From Paraphysomonas bandaiensis (taxonomy: Eukaryota; Protista; Chrysophyceae), in the NCBI GenBank assembly GCA_965644295.1, contig CBFFRP010000423.1, positions 186,001-250,000 of the forward strand: a DNA stretch of 64,000 nucleotides, written 5' to 3'. A program made the translations under genes and the position numbers. Position 1 is the first letter of the stretch. Each line of letters begins with the position of its first letter. Below are positions 38,839 to 50,956 of this stretch, one piece after another. The notes beneath the pieces were generated by a model. It searched no databases. It was not told where the DNA came from and worked only from the letters and a program-made list of their open reading frames with translations.

Positions 38839-40173
38839 ATGTATGCTCCTTTTCCTAAAAACTTTAATAGTGAAGAACAATTACTACGTACATTCTGGCG
38901 TCGATGGTTCTCTGAAAGTATCCCTCTATTAGATAATAAAACTCCTGTAGAAGCATCTAAAACAAATGAAGGAAGAAAAAAAATAGAAGAATTATTAGAA
39001 TTTTATAATAATTCAAATAATAGAGAAGGTGGAATGAAATTATGTGGTAAATTTACTGCAAATCCTCCTGTGAATTGGGTACGATGGAAATTAGGGATGA
39101 TTGAAGGTGATGCTTCACAATTTGAGGAAGAAGAAAGAATTTATAATGATAAAGCCAGTATTGAACGTGCAGAACAATCGAATCAACCACAGAAAGCTGT
39201 AGAAAGTGGTATTAAATGTAATATGTGTGATAAGGAGGGCACACTACGATGCAGCAGATGCAAGTCCAGGAGGTACTGTACTGTTAAATGTCAAAAATTA
39301 GATTGGCCGGCACACAAGAAGTATTGTGTAAAGGTCGCAGAGCAAACTGCATTGTCGGATGAGGAGTGGAAAAAGGACTTCGAGACTAAGACTGCACAAG
39401 AGGTGTATTGCAAGTTGCACGAATCTGTCTGTAAGATGGCCCAAAACTCTGAAGATGGACCCAAACCTACCTGGAAACAATTTGTGCAGACATGTGTAAA
39501 GAAGGGTTATCCCTTCCCTGACTATCACAGGAGACCTCAGGACGTGCCGGAGGAGGAGCTGACCTTTCTCAAGGATAGCGGGGTGCATGAGAAGTTGTGG
39601 AAGTTGTACTTTAAGCTCACTGAGGCTGTGGTAGCGGCTCATGTTCATGGCAAGAAGAAGTACAAGGAAGAAGAACGGAAGCGCATACATAAAGAACGAA
39701 AAGCCACCCGTGCTGCGCTAGAGTCCTTTACGACCATTGACACCACAGTGCTACGCGACCTGCCTTCCCTGCCGGTGTACTTATCGGTGTCCTGGAGCTG
39801 TATGATGCTTAACAAAGCTACTGGACAGAAGGAATGCTGTGTTATGGCAATATGGATACATGATGGCATCAAAAATGAGAAGATCGCATATATGCATGCC
39901 CCCGTTCTCTGTGATGTGAAGCCTCCATTAGATGAACTTAGGCGTGCTTTATTCGTCAGCATGACTGCACCCGGTGGAATTCCCCCCGGAATCCCAACCA
40001 GGTATCGTCCCAGAGAAATTCAAATATCAAATAGATGGGGAGATGATTACTATGAGGCCGTGGCTGGACCTCTCTCGGATGTGGGTATTCTTGTGACGTT
40101 TCAATCCCGAGCGGACCTGGAACGAGAATGTCGACGGGAAGGAACTGACCCAGATGGCAATAACTTTTTATAA
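38839..40173 (+). CDS. MYND zinc-finger protein with an N-terminal MbcA/ParS/Xre antitoxin-like domain; intronless
   Basis: CNMC..CSRC...YC...CQKLDWPAHKKYC is a zf-MYND; WFSESIPLLDNKTPVEASKTNEGRKKIEELL resembles the DUF2384 pattern. Confidence 0.85.
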   Translation: MYAPFPKNFNSEEQLLRTFWRRWFSESIPLLDNKTPVEASKTNEGRKKIEELLEFYNNSNNREGGMKLCGKFTANPPVNWVRWKLGMIEGDASQFEEEERIYNDKASIERAEQSNQPQKAVESGIKCNMCDKEGTLRCSRCKSRRYCTVKCQKLDWPAHKKYCVKVAEQTALSDEEWKKDFETKTAQEVYCKLHESVCKMAQNSEDGPKPTWKQFVQTCVKKGYPFPDYHRRPQDVPEEELTFLKDSGVHEKLWKLYFKLTEAVVAAHVHGKKKYKEEERKRIHKERKATRAALESFTTIDTTVLRDLPSLPVYLSVSWSCMMLNKATGQKECCVMAIWIHDGIKNEKIAYMHAPVLCDVKPPLDELRRALFVSMTAPGGIPPGIPTRYRPREIQISNRWGDDYYEAVAGPLSDVGILVTFQSRADLERECRREGTDPDGNNFL

Positions 40174-40268
40174 ATTAATATTCAGTTGCGAACGATTTAA
40201 GTTTAAAAATGCATTTAAGTTTAGTCACTTGTACTGTTGCCCGTCTTTTAATAATTCAACACATCTAT

Positions 40269-41961
40269 AGAAATTTCTTTCTGGACAAAAAGTACTTCAG
40301 AAAGAAAACATCAAAAATCAATATGTAATTGTATGCAGTCTAAATTCACCAGAAAGAACTTCAGTCAGGTAACGTGTAGTAAGTTCTTCCTAGTGAGTTT
40401 AGACCGCATACACGTATTACATTTACATATTGATTTTTGATGTTTTTTCTGAAGTACTTTTTATCCAGATTTATTTCTTTAACTAGGCCGCGGCGCTCGA
40501 ACGCAGTCAGTTTATCATAGTTGACATGACCGAGCCTTTTGTGCCAGGGATAGGGAACAATATATTGCAATACTATTGTTAGATAGCGTTCCATCAATAG
40601 TATTGATGGAGATTTTAAACAGGCCAAACAATACAATTACAATATATTGCAATATATTGTCAATGTATTGCAATATATTAGTATGACTAATCAGTAGGTA
40701 AGCACATCCGTAGATTTCATTTTTAGTATTAGTCATTAAGATCACATGACAACCAAACCAACTGCTGCTTATAGCTACTAAAAATCCACCTCGTCCTCAT
40801 ACTCTGAGCCATCATCGGTGACGTCAACAGAACCATATTCATCCACAGAATTAATTGAAATATGCTAGTATCCGGCCATAACTGTCGAATAGCTTTCAGA
40901 AACAACAGCATATTAAGTAGGATGGATACTTTTGCGCAACACTGATATAATATGTTTAGCTGTGCTGAACAGACGTTCCCATGTATGGGAAGTACATACC
41001 AGGGCCAGGCAATCTAGAGTCTCGCCCCCGTTTAGAACTGACAACTGCAGCTTTAGCAGTCTTCAAGCGGAAGCAGTCTTTAGTCTGATGGCCTGGGATG
41101 TCACATATCTCACTCACAGGTAGCTTAGTTTTGTTATCACCCCTATTTCTGTTATCTCTATCTTTTTTCTGTGATCTTGTCCCCTTCATCCTCTTTATAA
41201 CATGTTCTGGAGTCTTGCACTCCCTAGCAAAGTGGCCAAGTTTCTTGCACTTATTGCATCTGCCCTTTCTCTTGTGCTCTTTCTATTTACTGTCATCCAC
41301 TGCTTGATTGACATTGTCTTTAACGTATGCTTGCCGAATGATGTGTTTTCATGTCCTTTGATTAGGCTGCTTGCTCTCGCGTATGTCACATCGTTTGCTG
41401 TATACAGGCTGTGTGCTAGCTGGGAATATCTCTTGTCTGTGAGACCTTCCTTTAGTCGAGTGAGCTTGTCGTCTTCCGTGACTTCACGACCTAGATTCTC
41501 GAGAACCTTGGCCTGGGCTTCAACGCTGTCGACGAACTCTGCTGCTGACTGACTTGAGGTAATCTTCATTGAATTGAGCTTTGTGACCTCTGCCTGCACT
41601 GCGTTCTTTTCAACATTGATAAATCTCTTTTCCAGTGCCTGTAGTAACCCTTTTGCTGTACTTCCTTCGTAGAGAGCGCCGCTGTTTTGCCTGCCTTTGG
41701 GTGAGCATTCCGGGTGTTCCAGAGTCTCTTCGCGTTGCGTAGTCGCTTCTCCTGTGCATCAGTCATTTGAGCTCCCGCTGGAACTGTAGAGTCTAGGTCA
41801 TGAATGTGCCTTGGTTTATTCTTTGAGAGGACAAGATGGGCCCGATTGTGTCTCATGAGGAATGAGGTGAAGAACTTCTTGAATTTCTTGAATTTCAGTT
41901 CCTCGAATGGAGATACCTTAGAGCCTGAGGCGACATTCGTGAAACTACCATCCGCTACCAT
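40269..41961 (-). mobile_element. Degenerate Ty1/Copia retrotransposon fragment (gag, two zinc knuckles, GAG-pre-integrase)
   Basis: SQSAAEFVDSVEAQAKVLENLGREVTEDDKLTRLKEGL (UBN2-type gag), CNKCKKLGHFAREC and CEICDIPGHQTKDC knuckles, WHKRLGHVN; frameshifted. Confidence 0.85.
40545..40745 (+). mobile_element. hAT-type element fragment inserted in the Copia relic
   Basis: Begins CAGGGATAGGGAACAATATATTGCAATACTATTG, like the 36399 MITE; inverted homolog at 24430-24602. Confidence 0.7.
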
Positions 41962-42384
41962 ATTAACTTAAGCTTTTAAGAGTGCAGTATTGACTGATTG
42001 ATATTAGGGAGATATAGTGAAACTATGATGTTGTAGCACTGTGATTTAGGAACCACGTCATTCACCAACATCAACATTCTGTTCTACAATCGTATCTTTA
42101 ACAGCTACTATATTTTCAGTTTCTTTGTATACTTGTAATAGCTACTCCTATAGTGTAGTGTATATTCTGTATTTCATTCCTACATAGAATACAGGATAAC
42201 TACTAGCGATTGGCTTCACCAAACTTCAAGTACGCACGTAGGAGTTTGGTTGTAGTTCAATACGTTGAAATGTAATGTATTGCATGTATACGAATATCTT
42301 CATTCATTAATTGATGGCTAGAGTATGCTCCCATGTTTAAATGAAATTTTTCTACTTTTGACTATAGGTGAATACCATAAACAC

Positions 42385-42512
42385 CTAGTCAACCTAGTCA
42401 TTGTAAATTGAAAATATGAATTATTAAATGACTGTTTTTCAACCGCTTGACTAGTTTTTTTAATACCAATTTTGGTGTGACTAGGAAAAATTACACCAAA
42501 ATTGACTAGATC
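42385..42512 (-). repeat. Fragment of the MITE family seen at 57686-57908
   Basis: CACCAAAATTGACTAG and GTAAATTGAAAATATGAA..AATGAC..TTTTCAACC match the reverse complement of 57686-57782. Confidence 0.6.
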
Positions 42513-43418
42513 CCTATTTAAGATGGCATGCTCCTTGACCCTTGACTATATCGGTATGACTGATTGTGGCACGACCTAAACAAAGAAACTTTATGTGTCT
42601 TACATTTACGCTCGTGGTTCACACAGAATATCGAAATGATGTCGTGGGGTCATGACTGGGAGCATAGTGTCCATGCGTTCCACTTTCAGCGAAGTTCGTC
42701 GTGACAGTACAAACTGCAGGGAGTTTTCAAATTTGAGTTTATGATTTTCTGTGGACATAGAAGTATTACCATGGCGTTAGGGAGCTGGGAATTCCATTTA
42801 GCCAAAAATAAAGCTAAAGCAACGTGATCAAATTTCCACTTAGCACAACGTTATAAGAATAGAATGCCTTTATTAGAGTGAAGCAACATTACTTCCAGTA
42901 CGGCATCCTATGCAATACCTTCGTCCAATAGAATATATCTTGTTGTCAACAGAGATAGCCAGCATGAGTGATTCCTTTTAGTCCATTCTGTTGTTTGTCA
43001 AAGTGTCAAAACAAAGTCTTAAACTTTCTTTTTTCGAGAATAGCGCCATTGATGTTGTGAAAGAATAACGCCTGATGAAGTGGGCGACATGCGAACGCTT
43101 TACTCCCAACGCATGAGGTGGACTACTTATCTTATTTCACGTGGCTTCAGATTCCAGAGCCACTCTACGGAGGTACATTCATGTGAGGAGGTACATATGG
43201 ATTATATCCGCCCACACCTATACAACTATAGTGTGTATAAACGATTGAAGTGATAATAATGGTTCATATATTCTCATTCATTCACAGTTTCAGTTACAAT
43301 ATGAATCCTTCAGTACAGGTAATTCTACAAGGAATGATATCCATATAAATCATATGTAATGATAATATAGTTATATATGTGTGATCCATCCAACAGAGTT
43401 TTCTCTAGATATGATAGC

Positions 43419-43565
43419 TAGAGACATCGTTTGTATATTTTTGTTCCAAGATGCCTCTAATATTGAGACAACAATTATCTGTATTACAGCCGTAGTTGTA
43501 CATCAGTAATATAGACAATATTTGCTTCAATTTATTCCCGAAAAATAAGATGCTGACTGCCGATA
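43419..43565 (-). repeat. ~147-bp promoter-proximal dispersed element, copy 4
   Basis: Reverse-complement copy, 284 bp upstream of the RPL27 ATG. Confidence 0.9.
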
Positions 43566-43848
43566 CGCATGTATGGATATAGCTATATGTACAGTACACT
43601 GTACAGTACGACGTACAGAACGATCGTAGTACACTGTAAGTGTATAAATGAGACAAACCGAGTCTATCCCTAAAAAAAAACTAAAAACCTTTTATAAAAA
43701 CTGAAAAAGTCAAGCTACTCTTAAAGATATCACTATATTATGGTATGGATGAGAAGAATGGTTCGAGAGATGGAGGTATACATACATATATATAACAGCA
43801 ATTGCAATAGCACTTAAATCAAATAATTAGGCATCATTAGTCGATAAG

Positions 43849-44435
43849 ATGGGAATGTAAGCGAATTGTATTAATGATATGTAATATTTAATATTGTTTT
43901 ATTATAGCATTAAGAGTGGAAGAGTTGTTATTGTCCTCGCTGGACGTTATGCCGGTCGTAAGGCAGTTGTTGTGAAGACTCATGAAGATGGTGGGGCTGG
44001 AAAGAGATTCGGTCATGCTGTTGGTATATTTTAATATAATTTTTTATTGTTTTATATAATTTTATTCATTTATAGTCGCTGGCATTGATCGTTATCCCAG
44101 AAAGGTTGTTAAGGCCATGAGCAAGGCTAAGCTTGACAAGAGATCCAAGATCAAGCCCTTTGTTAAGGCTATTAACTTCAACCATATCATGCCTACCAGG
44201 TATAATAAATCTGTTATAATATACTAGATGTCATACTCATGTTGAAATTTAAAGATACGTAACCGACTTCGACCTGAAGAAGATTGTTGATGAGGGTGCC
44301 TTGTCGTCTGAGTCCCGTGTCGAAACTAGAAAGGTCCTGAAGAAGACATTTGAGGAGAAGTACAGAAACCAGTCCGGAAAGAACGAGAAGAAGGCTGGTG
44401 GTACACAGTACTTCTTCAAGAAACTCCGCTTCTAA
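43849..44435 (+). CDS. RPL27: 60S ribosomal protein eL27; exons 43849-43856, 43908-44023, 44076-44199, 44255-44435
   Basis: Spliced product [71 protein letters not shown]. Absent from the ORF track. Confidence 0.97.
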
Positions 44436-44799
44436 ATATCAGTGTTCCCTCTTATGATTTGTCTAATTAATTGACGCATTCCTTTAGCTGTTGCACTGTT
44501 CCTTCCATACTTCAAAGTTTTAGTGAAAAGTATGTGTACTAGCTAGCTGACTGAGTAGTGAACACACTTTATTTGCATAGCGCTTGCTAATTAATTAATT
44601 GCATGCAAAAGTGAATTTTGTCGTGGCTGTATATCTTGATCTCAGAAATGGTCAAATCTCGCCTAGTATAAACAAGGACATCTTTAATTAGGGTGTATAT
44701 GTACTACTTGCCTCGATTGCGGTAGGGTAACTTGTATCTTATTGGCCCCATGGTAGTGAATGTCTTATTATTAGCAATGGTAGGCGTTTAAGAGTCACT

Positions 44800-45095
44800 G
44801 CTTAACAGGGCTTCGTCAGCTCTATTAAAGCTCCAAGTCTAAGACAACACCATAGTGCCTCAGACAGCAACTCCTTGTATCTTCCGCTTGGACCTCTCGC
44901 TACTTTGCAACCTAACCATGTGCTCCGCAAAGCTCCGCGGAGGGCCTAAGGGGCACCCACCCGACTAAAACCGTCTTCAGCCAAGGACTAAAACCGTCTG
45001 AGATACTAACTCAACTATCGGAACGGAAGTAGTCGCACCTTGGTGCTTAAGGCAACGCACAAGCAGCTTTCGTAGCGTTAAATAGTAGGATAATA
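44800..45095 (+). mobile_element. 3' end relic of a related non-LTR retrotransposon (5' boundary approximate)
   Basis: Codes PKGHPPD* at 44945-44968, followed by the shared 3'UTR motif GCACCTTGGTGCT..ACGCACAAGCAG. Confidence 0.6.
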
Positions 45096-45607
45096 GCGTT
45101 TGTACTAGTTAGTTACAGGTTTCAGGTAGACGTCTAACTAGCTTGACTAGCATCCATCTAGCTACTCAGTGGTGTAGATTCTTAACGACTATTGCTAATA
45201 ATAAGACTTTCAATATTATACATCCATTGTGAAAGTTCAGTATTATATATTCACCTAAAATCCCATCGCAAAACGACCAGTTATCTCTCCATCCCTCTAC
45301 ACCACGCACTTGCCAAGAGCGATTATCGCTCAATGACAATATTACCTACACAACAATTAAATCTACTACTGCTACTGTTAAACACATGCGTTTGCCAAAA
45401 GGAAGGAGTACTATGTAATTCAAGTTGCCACAGAAGCAATTTGTTGTGTCTTAACAAATAATTCAATTCTATCTATGTTATCTCATAAGTATCTTGTGCT
45501 TTAACTATCCTATTGCATAAGTAGCCACATTACAACATCTGCTTTCCTAAGAATCATAGTGAAGGAAATATAAAATAATAATGATTACGTTATAAATATA
45601 GCCATCA

Positions 45608-45725
45608 TGCATCATATAGCCATAACCACAACGCAACAATGAAGCCAGCACATGCCACTCACTCCCGGTATGTGCATCATATAGCCATAACCACAACGCA
45701 ACAATGAAGCCAACACATGTCACAC
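45608..45725. repeat. Tandem duplication, 2 x ~65 bp
   Basis: TGCATCATATAGCCATAACCACAACGCAACAATGAAGCCA occurs twice. Confidence 0.85.
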
Positions 45726-45983
45726 ACTATCGCTCTCTTTGTATCCGGAGTTACGAGAGAGAAGACCTGCACCCCAGGCCCGATACCCACTTATACCATT
45801 CAACATCAGTGTGCACAGTGTTGATCAGACACATAAGGAGTGTGAGTTGGCAGCATACGACACACGCAATACACCAGAACACTCGTGACAACTAACCTGA
45901 TTAATATAATTATCTACATGTCATGAATCCACTCTAGATTCTCTCGGTATGCATCAGGTTCGATGAAGGATCATATATACAAG

Positions 45984-46395
45984 CAATGCGGAGTGCGTGA
46001 AATTCTGTTACACTCATGTATACTTTTCAGTTTGTGTCGGTTGTAGATGTGTGTGCCTGTATGGCTGTATGTGTGTGCCTGTATCAAGGCGTGTATATGT
46101 GTATGTATGTGAGGGTGTGTGTAGCTCTATTAACAGTCACCCTCAATACATACAAGAACCTGAATCACTTCAGAGCAGAGATTGAAAGGGACATGACGGT
46201 CAAGTTGATATTCTTATGTTTCTGGTGTAGATATCACCTCATTTCATGGCACTGTTGATAGTGTAAAGTAACATATGAAGAGATGCGTATACCATATATA
46301 CACACTACACAACAGTATACCACGGTATACCAAAAACACATATCTACAACCGACACAAACTGAAATTTATATATGAGTGTGACACTCCCGCATTG
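45984..46395. mobile_element. MITE-like element with ~60-bp imperfect TIRs
   Basis: CAATGCGGAGTG..ACACTCAT..TTCAGTTTGTGTCGGTTGTAGAT is mirrored by ATCTACAACCGACACAAACTGAA..ATGAGTGT..CACTCCCGCATTG. Confidence 0.7.
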
Positions 46396-46493
46396 TATGA
46401 TGATCGACTACTACGTATAAGAGTGTATACAGACTGTATTTTCTGTATACTTTCTTAGTTCTTGGGTGGTTGTCAGATATGGTCATATACCCG

Positions 46494-46639
46494 TACGGTA
46501 GTTAGCATCTTATTTTTCGGAAATAAATTGAAGCAAATATACTCTATATTACTGATATACAACTACGGCTGTAATACACATAATTGTTGTCTCAATATTA
46601 CAGGCATCTTTGAACAAAAATATACAAACCATGCATATA
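46494..46639 (+). repeat. ~147-bp promoter-proximal dispersed element, copy 5
   Basis: Same consensus; 165 bp upstream of the LRR gene ATG. Confidence 0.9.
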
Positions 46640-46803
46640 TATATATCCAGATTCATGCATAACTAGCACTCCACCAGGACATCTATATCCACTATGTTAA
46701 TGAACTGCAACACATGGATCTTTCACCTCAGTATATTGCTTATCCTTCATAGGGTATGCACATGTCATAAAAGTGGAAAGTATTAACTGTATGTATAAGA
46801 AGT

Positions 46804-49800
46804 ATGCATATCTTATATGTATTGTTGAGTGCTCTATTGTCCCTTATATTTACTCGATCTGTGGCTATCCCCACTGAAGAGTATAATACTTTACGGGACT
46901 TATACTTCTCTACTCGAGGTGATTTCTGGACATGGAAAAGCGAGGCAGAAGCAGGTCCAATATGGGATTTTCAGAGCAATGGATCTTACACTGATCCGTG
47001 CAGTACGGACGGTGCGGTCTGGCAAGGCTTGACTTGCACGGATGCGGTGACTATTTGTCAGAATCAATCATGCAGTATCAGCGGAATCAACCTTTCCATG
47101 TATAATTTATCAGGTGTGTCCCAACATACATTTTCCATTAGTTTTGACACATGTTGAAGGAACTCTTCCCTCCACAGTTGCTATATTGAAACACCTCACG
47201 TCTCTTGACCTAACCTCGAATTCTTTAGTTGGTACAATTCCACCAGAACTTGGATTATTGTCAGAGTTGAAAGCTCTATCATTCTTTGATAATTCTTTCA
47301 CTGGAGAATTTCCTCGGGGGCTACTTTGCCCACAATCCCCAGGTCAATTGCATGCAATTAATGTGGACTTAAACGGCATAGAAAGCATAGCTGACTGCCC
47401 TACTCCTGTTGAAAATACATCATATCCATTGACTGCCATCTTTTTTGCTTTTAACAAAATTGATGGGCCATTGCCTTGGAATTTTTTCACCACTCTTTCA
47501 GCTTTGCAATATTTTGACGTATCTTTCAATGAAATCACTGGAAGTTTGCCTTCTTCTGTCGGCACGTTATCAAATCTAATATATTTTGACATATCTATCA
47601 ACTACCTGTACGGAACTTTCCCCTATGGTTTTCAGAATGCTGAAGATCTCAGGAAACTGTATCTGGAAGTGAACAGCATATCGGGAACTATTCCTTCTCT
47701 GATTGGCACTCTGAATTCCCTTGAATCATTTTACTTTGGTCATAATTTAATTACTGGTACGCTGCCGCCAGAGCTATCTCACGCAAGCCAACTACGGTAT
47801 ATTGTTGGTGAAAATAACATGCTTACTGGTTCCGTACCTCCAGCATATGGTTCGTTGACATTCCTCACTACCATGGAGTTCTCTGAAAACATGTTGACAT
47901 CTTCATTGCCACCAGAACTGGGACTATTATCTAACTTGCGCGTACTCAGTATGGAGTCTAATGCGTTGACTGGAGTTATACCTAGCAATATTGGAAGCAC
48001 CGAATTCACACAACAAATATATCTTTACAACAACTACTTCACGGGCAAATTCCCGACCCTGTGGGGTAACTTCACCGCTCTATTATGGCTGGACGTCAGC
48101 AATAATTACTTAGATGGCAGTATTCCAGAGACATTCACAGCGCTGTCAGGATTAGGAAGGTTTTCCGTTGCTAGCAATGCTTTAACCGGCACACTACCAG
48201 ACTTCCTCGGACATTGTAAAGATTTAGCCGTTTTGGATTTAAGTGATAATTTTTTCTCTGGTCGTCTAACGAAAGATATGTTTAGTTCTGAAAATTTGAT
48301 CGGTATATTTCTTCAAAACAATATGTTCTCCGGACCTGTGCCAGAACCAATGAGCTCTTTTCTTGCGAATTTATTTTTGTTTGATAATCGATTCACTTCC
48401 ACACTACCGGGATCGCTGAATAAACTATACTCCCTACAAACTCTTTTGATTCAGGACAACCAATTAACAGGATCTCTGGAGGATTACTTTAACAGGACGT
48501 ACGAATTATCATTTGATAGTCTCCAGGTAGTGGATTTAAGTGGTAATAAGTATACGGGTCCCCTTCCAAACCACATGGAGACACTACCCAGAATACTATA
48601 CTTGGCTCTTATTGGGAATTGTTTTACTGGCACGATTCCTGAGTCATTCTGCGAGGCGAAAACTCTCAACACGTTGTTATTGGATGGGCTGCATGCCGGT
48701 AGCAGCTGTCGTGAATATTTTTGGGATCCTCTTCATGTTCTGTCGGGCTACATAATAGACAGTGGTATTGTTGGAGGGGTGCCAGCATGTCTATGGGAAT
48801 CTAGTCAGCTGAAGATGCTTCATCTGTCGGGTAACAAGCTTACCGGCAGTATTCCCAAGACTGTTAATTGGGCAAGTATGGTCGATTTGAGCCTTTCGTA
48901 TAACCTGTTCACCGGAGAGTTACCAAATGCTCTAAAAGAGAGTAACATAGTTAAAATGGACTTAAGTCGTAATCGGTTTTCTGGGACGTTGGTCCACTCC
49001 AGCTCAGTTAATGCCAGCTCAAACTATGATAAACTCTATCTTAGCGAGAATAGGTTTTCTGGTGGTATTCCTGAACGCTACAAATCTGTTCGCCTTATAG
49101 ATATATTGAGTGGAAATATATTTCGATGTGAAAGCAGGAGGGAATTGCCTAGAGCAGACCCAGTAAGCGATTCGTACACTTGCGGTTCTGATGCCTATGA
49201 CACGCCGTTGGAAGTATGGGGAATAGTATGGGGGTTTGTATTCATTGCTGTCGTCATTATTGGTGTGCACACCAATCGTACTACGAGTGCTTTTATTGTA
49301 GATATGTACATGGAGGTACTAAAATGGCGCAAGGCCGCAATCACTTTACGCTTAGAACATGCACCAGAAGTGTTTCGACTTTTAAGAATTTTGCGGGATA
49401 TTCGCACACTTTCCTGTTATACATGCGCCTGTATTTGCACCGTGTATCTGTTTTTCTACTATTTCTCGAAAGAATATGGGGACATGGGGACTCATCAGTA
49501 CCAGTTTAGGTGGCGTTTTAGTGCTGCTTACCTCAGCAGCCAGGGAGCTGCAGCTTCTCTACTTGTCCTTTCATTTTGCTTGATGTACGCTGTTGTGTAC
49601 CATATCTACAGGATCACACGGTTGTGTGACTCTCTTCACGTCGTAAGCTGTGATACCTCGAGCTCAGCAATCAGAACTAAACCTCTTGCAGTTGTCACAA
49701 CGCGACAAGTTGATGCGGCGGCTTTTAAGTCCTACATTTGTGTCTTAGCTATCGTCTTCATCGATATGGGTGTCGTCCTGTTGGTGAAAGGCGCATTTAT

Positions 49801-50956
49801 AATTAAAACTCTGGATGACTCAACCACTCCTACAGAGAAAGTACTTTTACAGTTTGGGCTGTCTGCGTTTGACATTGTGTGGAACTCTGTCGTCGTAACC
49901 ACAGCCATAATTCGAACAGGAGATTTACTTCGCCCTAAAGTTCGAGTACGCTTGCGCTTTTTTCTTCTCCTATTTAATAGTTTATTTGCCCCTGTGCTTG
50001 CCACTGCATGCACGGATAGAAATTGCTTCGTAAGAGCCTTCACTGGCAACAAAGACATATCGACGTCGTCGGATGTTGTCTATTGCTCAGCTAAGGAGAT
50101 TGCAAGTCCTGAGTGTTATCAGTACGACTCAATTCACATGTCCACATCATTCGTGCCTCCGTTTACTTACAACTATCAGTGTGCCTCGGCACTTATTACC
50201 AAATTTGTTCCCGTGTTCCTATTCTCATATACCTTTCTATCGGTGTTGTTACCGACCGTGCATTATTTTCAATGTGTAAGAAGTAGAAATTCATCACATC
50301 GCAATGAGATAGGTGAGTCTTGTTCACTTTTTGTGGTGGATTTATTCAGGCGTGCGCGGGACATATGCCCAAGACCTTCCTATAACCCCGGTGTTGTTAT
50401 GTCAGACTTGCTGCATTATACCATTATGTTACTGACTTTTGGGGTTGTCAGCCCTCCACTTTCTGTTGTTATATGTGCCACTATTTCCGTGGCTGTATAT
50501 ATATTTGAAATGAGGATAGGGAAGGAGCTTTTGACGTGTGAGAACTCGGGTATTTGTAATAGAATCGATGATAGTACAAGCGTGAGTCCAATTGTTTCCG
50601 AGCTGGCAACATCATCCAAGTATTCGCCAAGTGATATTGGAAACTTATATGGGAATATAGAGACGAAATATAGGGGTGTGTGGATGGGGCCGTTGAAATC
50701 AATATGGATAGTGGTCGATGTGTGTTGTCTATTTTATGCCACCCTATGTTTTGATATGTCTGGCGATAGAACTGGATGGGTTCACGCACTTTTTACAGCT
50801 GTGCTACCCATGGTGGCTATTCCTGTTGTGTTGCGCATAATATTTCGACACAAGAAAATAATGTCCTACTTTGTTGCGTGTGATCTAACGAAGCTCGTTA
50901 CAAAGAGTAATACGGAAGCAGTAAATAGGACCTCTGTGGAATTGAGTACTGCATGA
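46804..50956 (+). CDS. LRR receptor-like protein: signal peptide, N-cap, >20 plant-type LRRs, multi-pass TM C-terminus, no kinase; 2 exons
   Basis: N-cap LRDLYFST..W..DPC..WQGLTC, repeated LxxLxLxxNxLxGxIP, intron near 47114-47159, then many hydrophobic helices. Confidence 0.9.

Noticed and set aside
42520-43200. Possible Merlin/IS1595-like transposase relic (CIGC..LYFWLNG on the minus strand)
   Set aside because: Too decayed; no catalytic DDE motif could be read.
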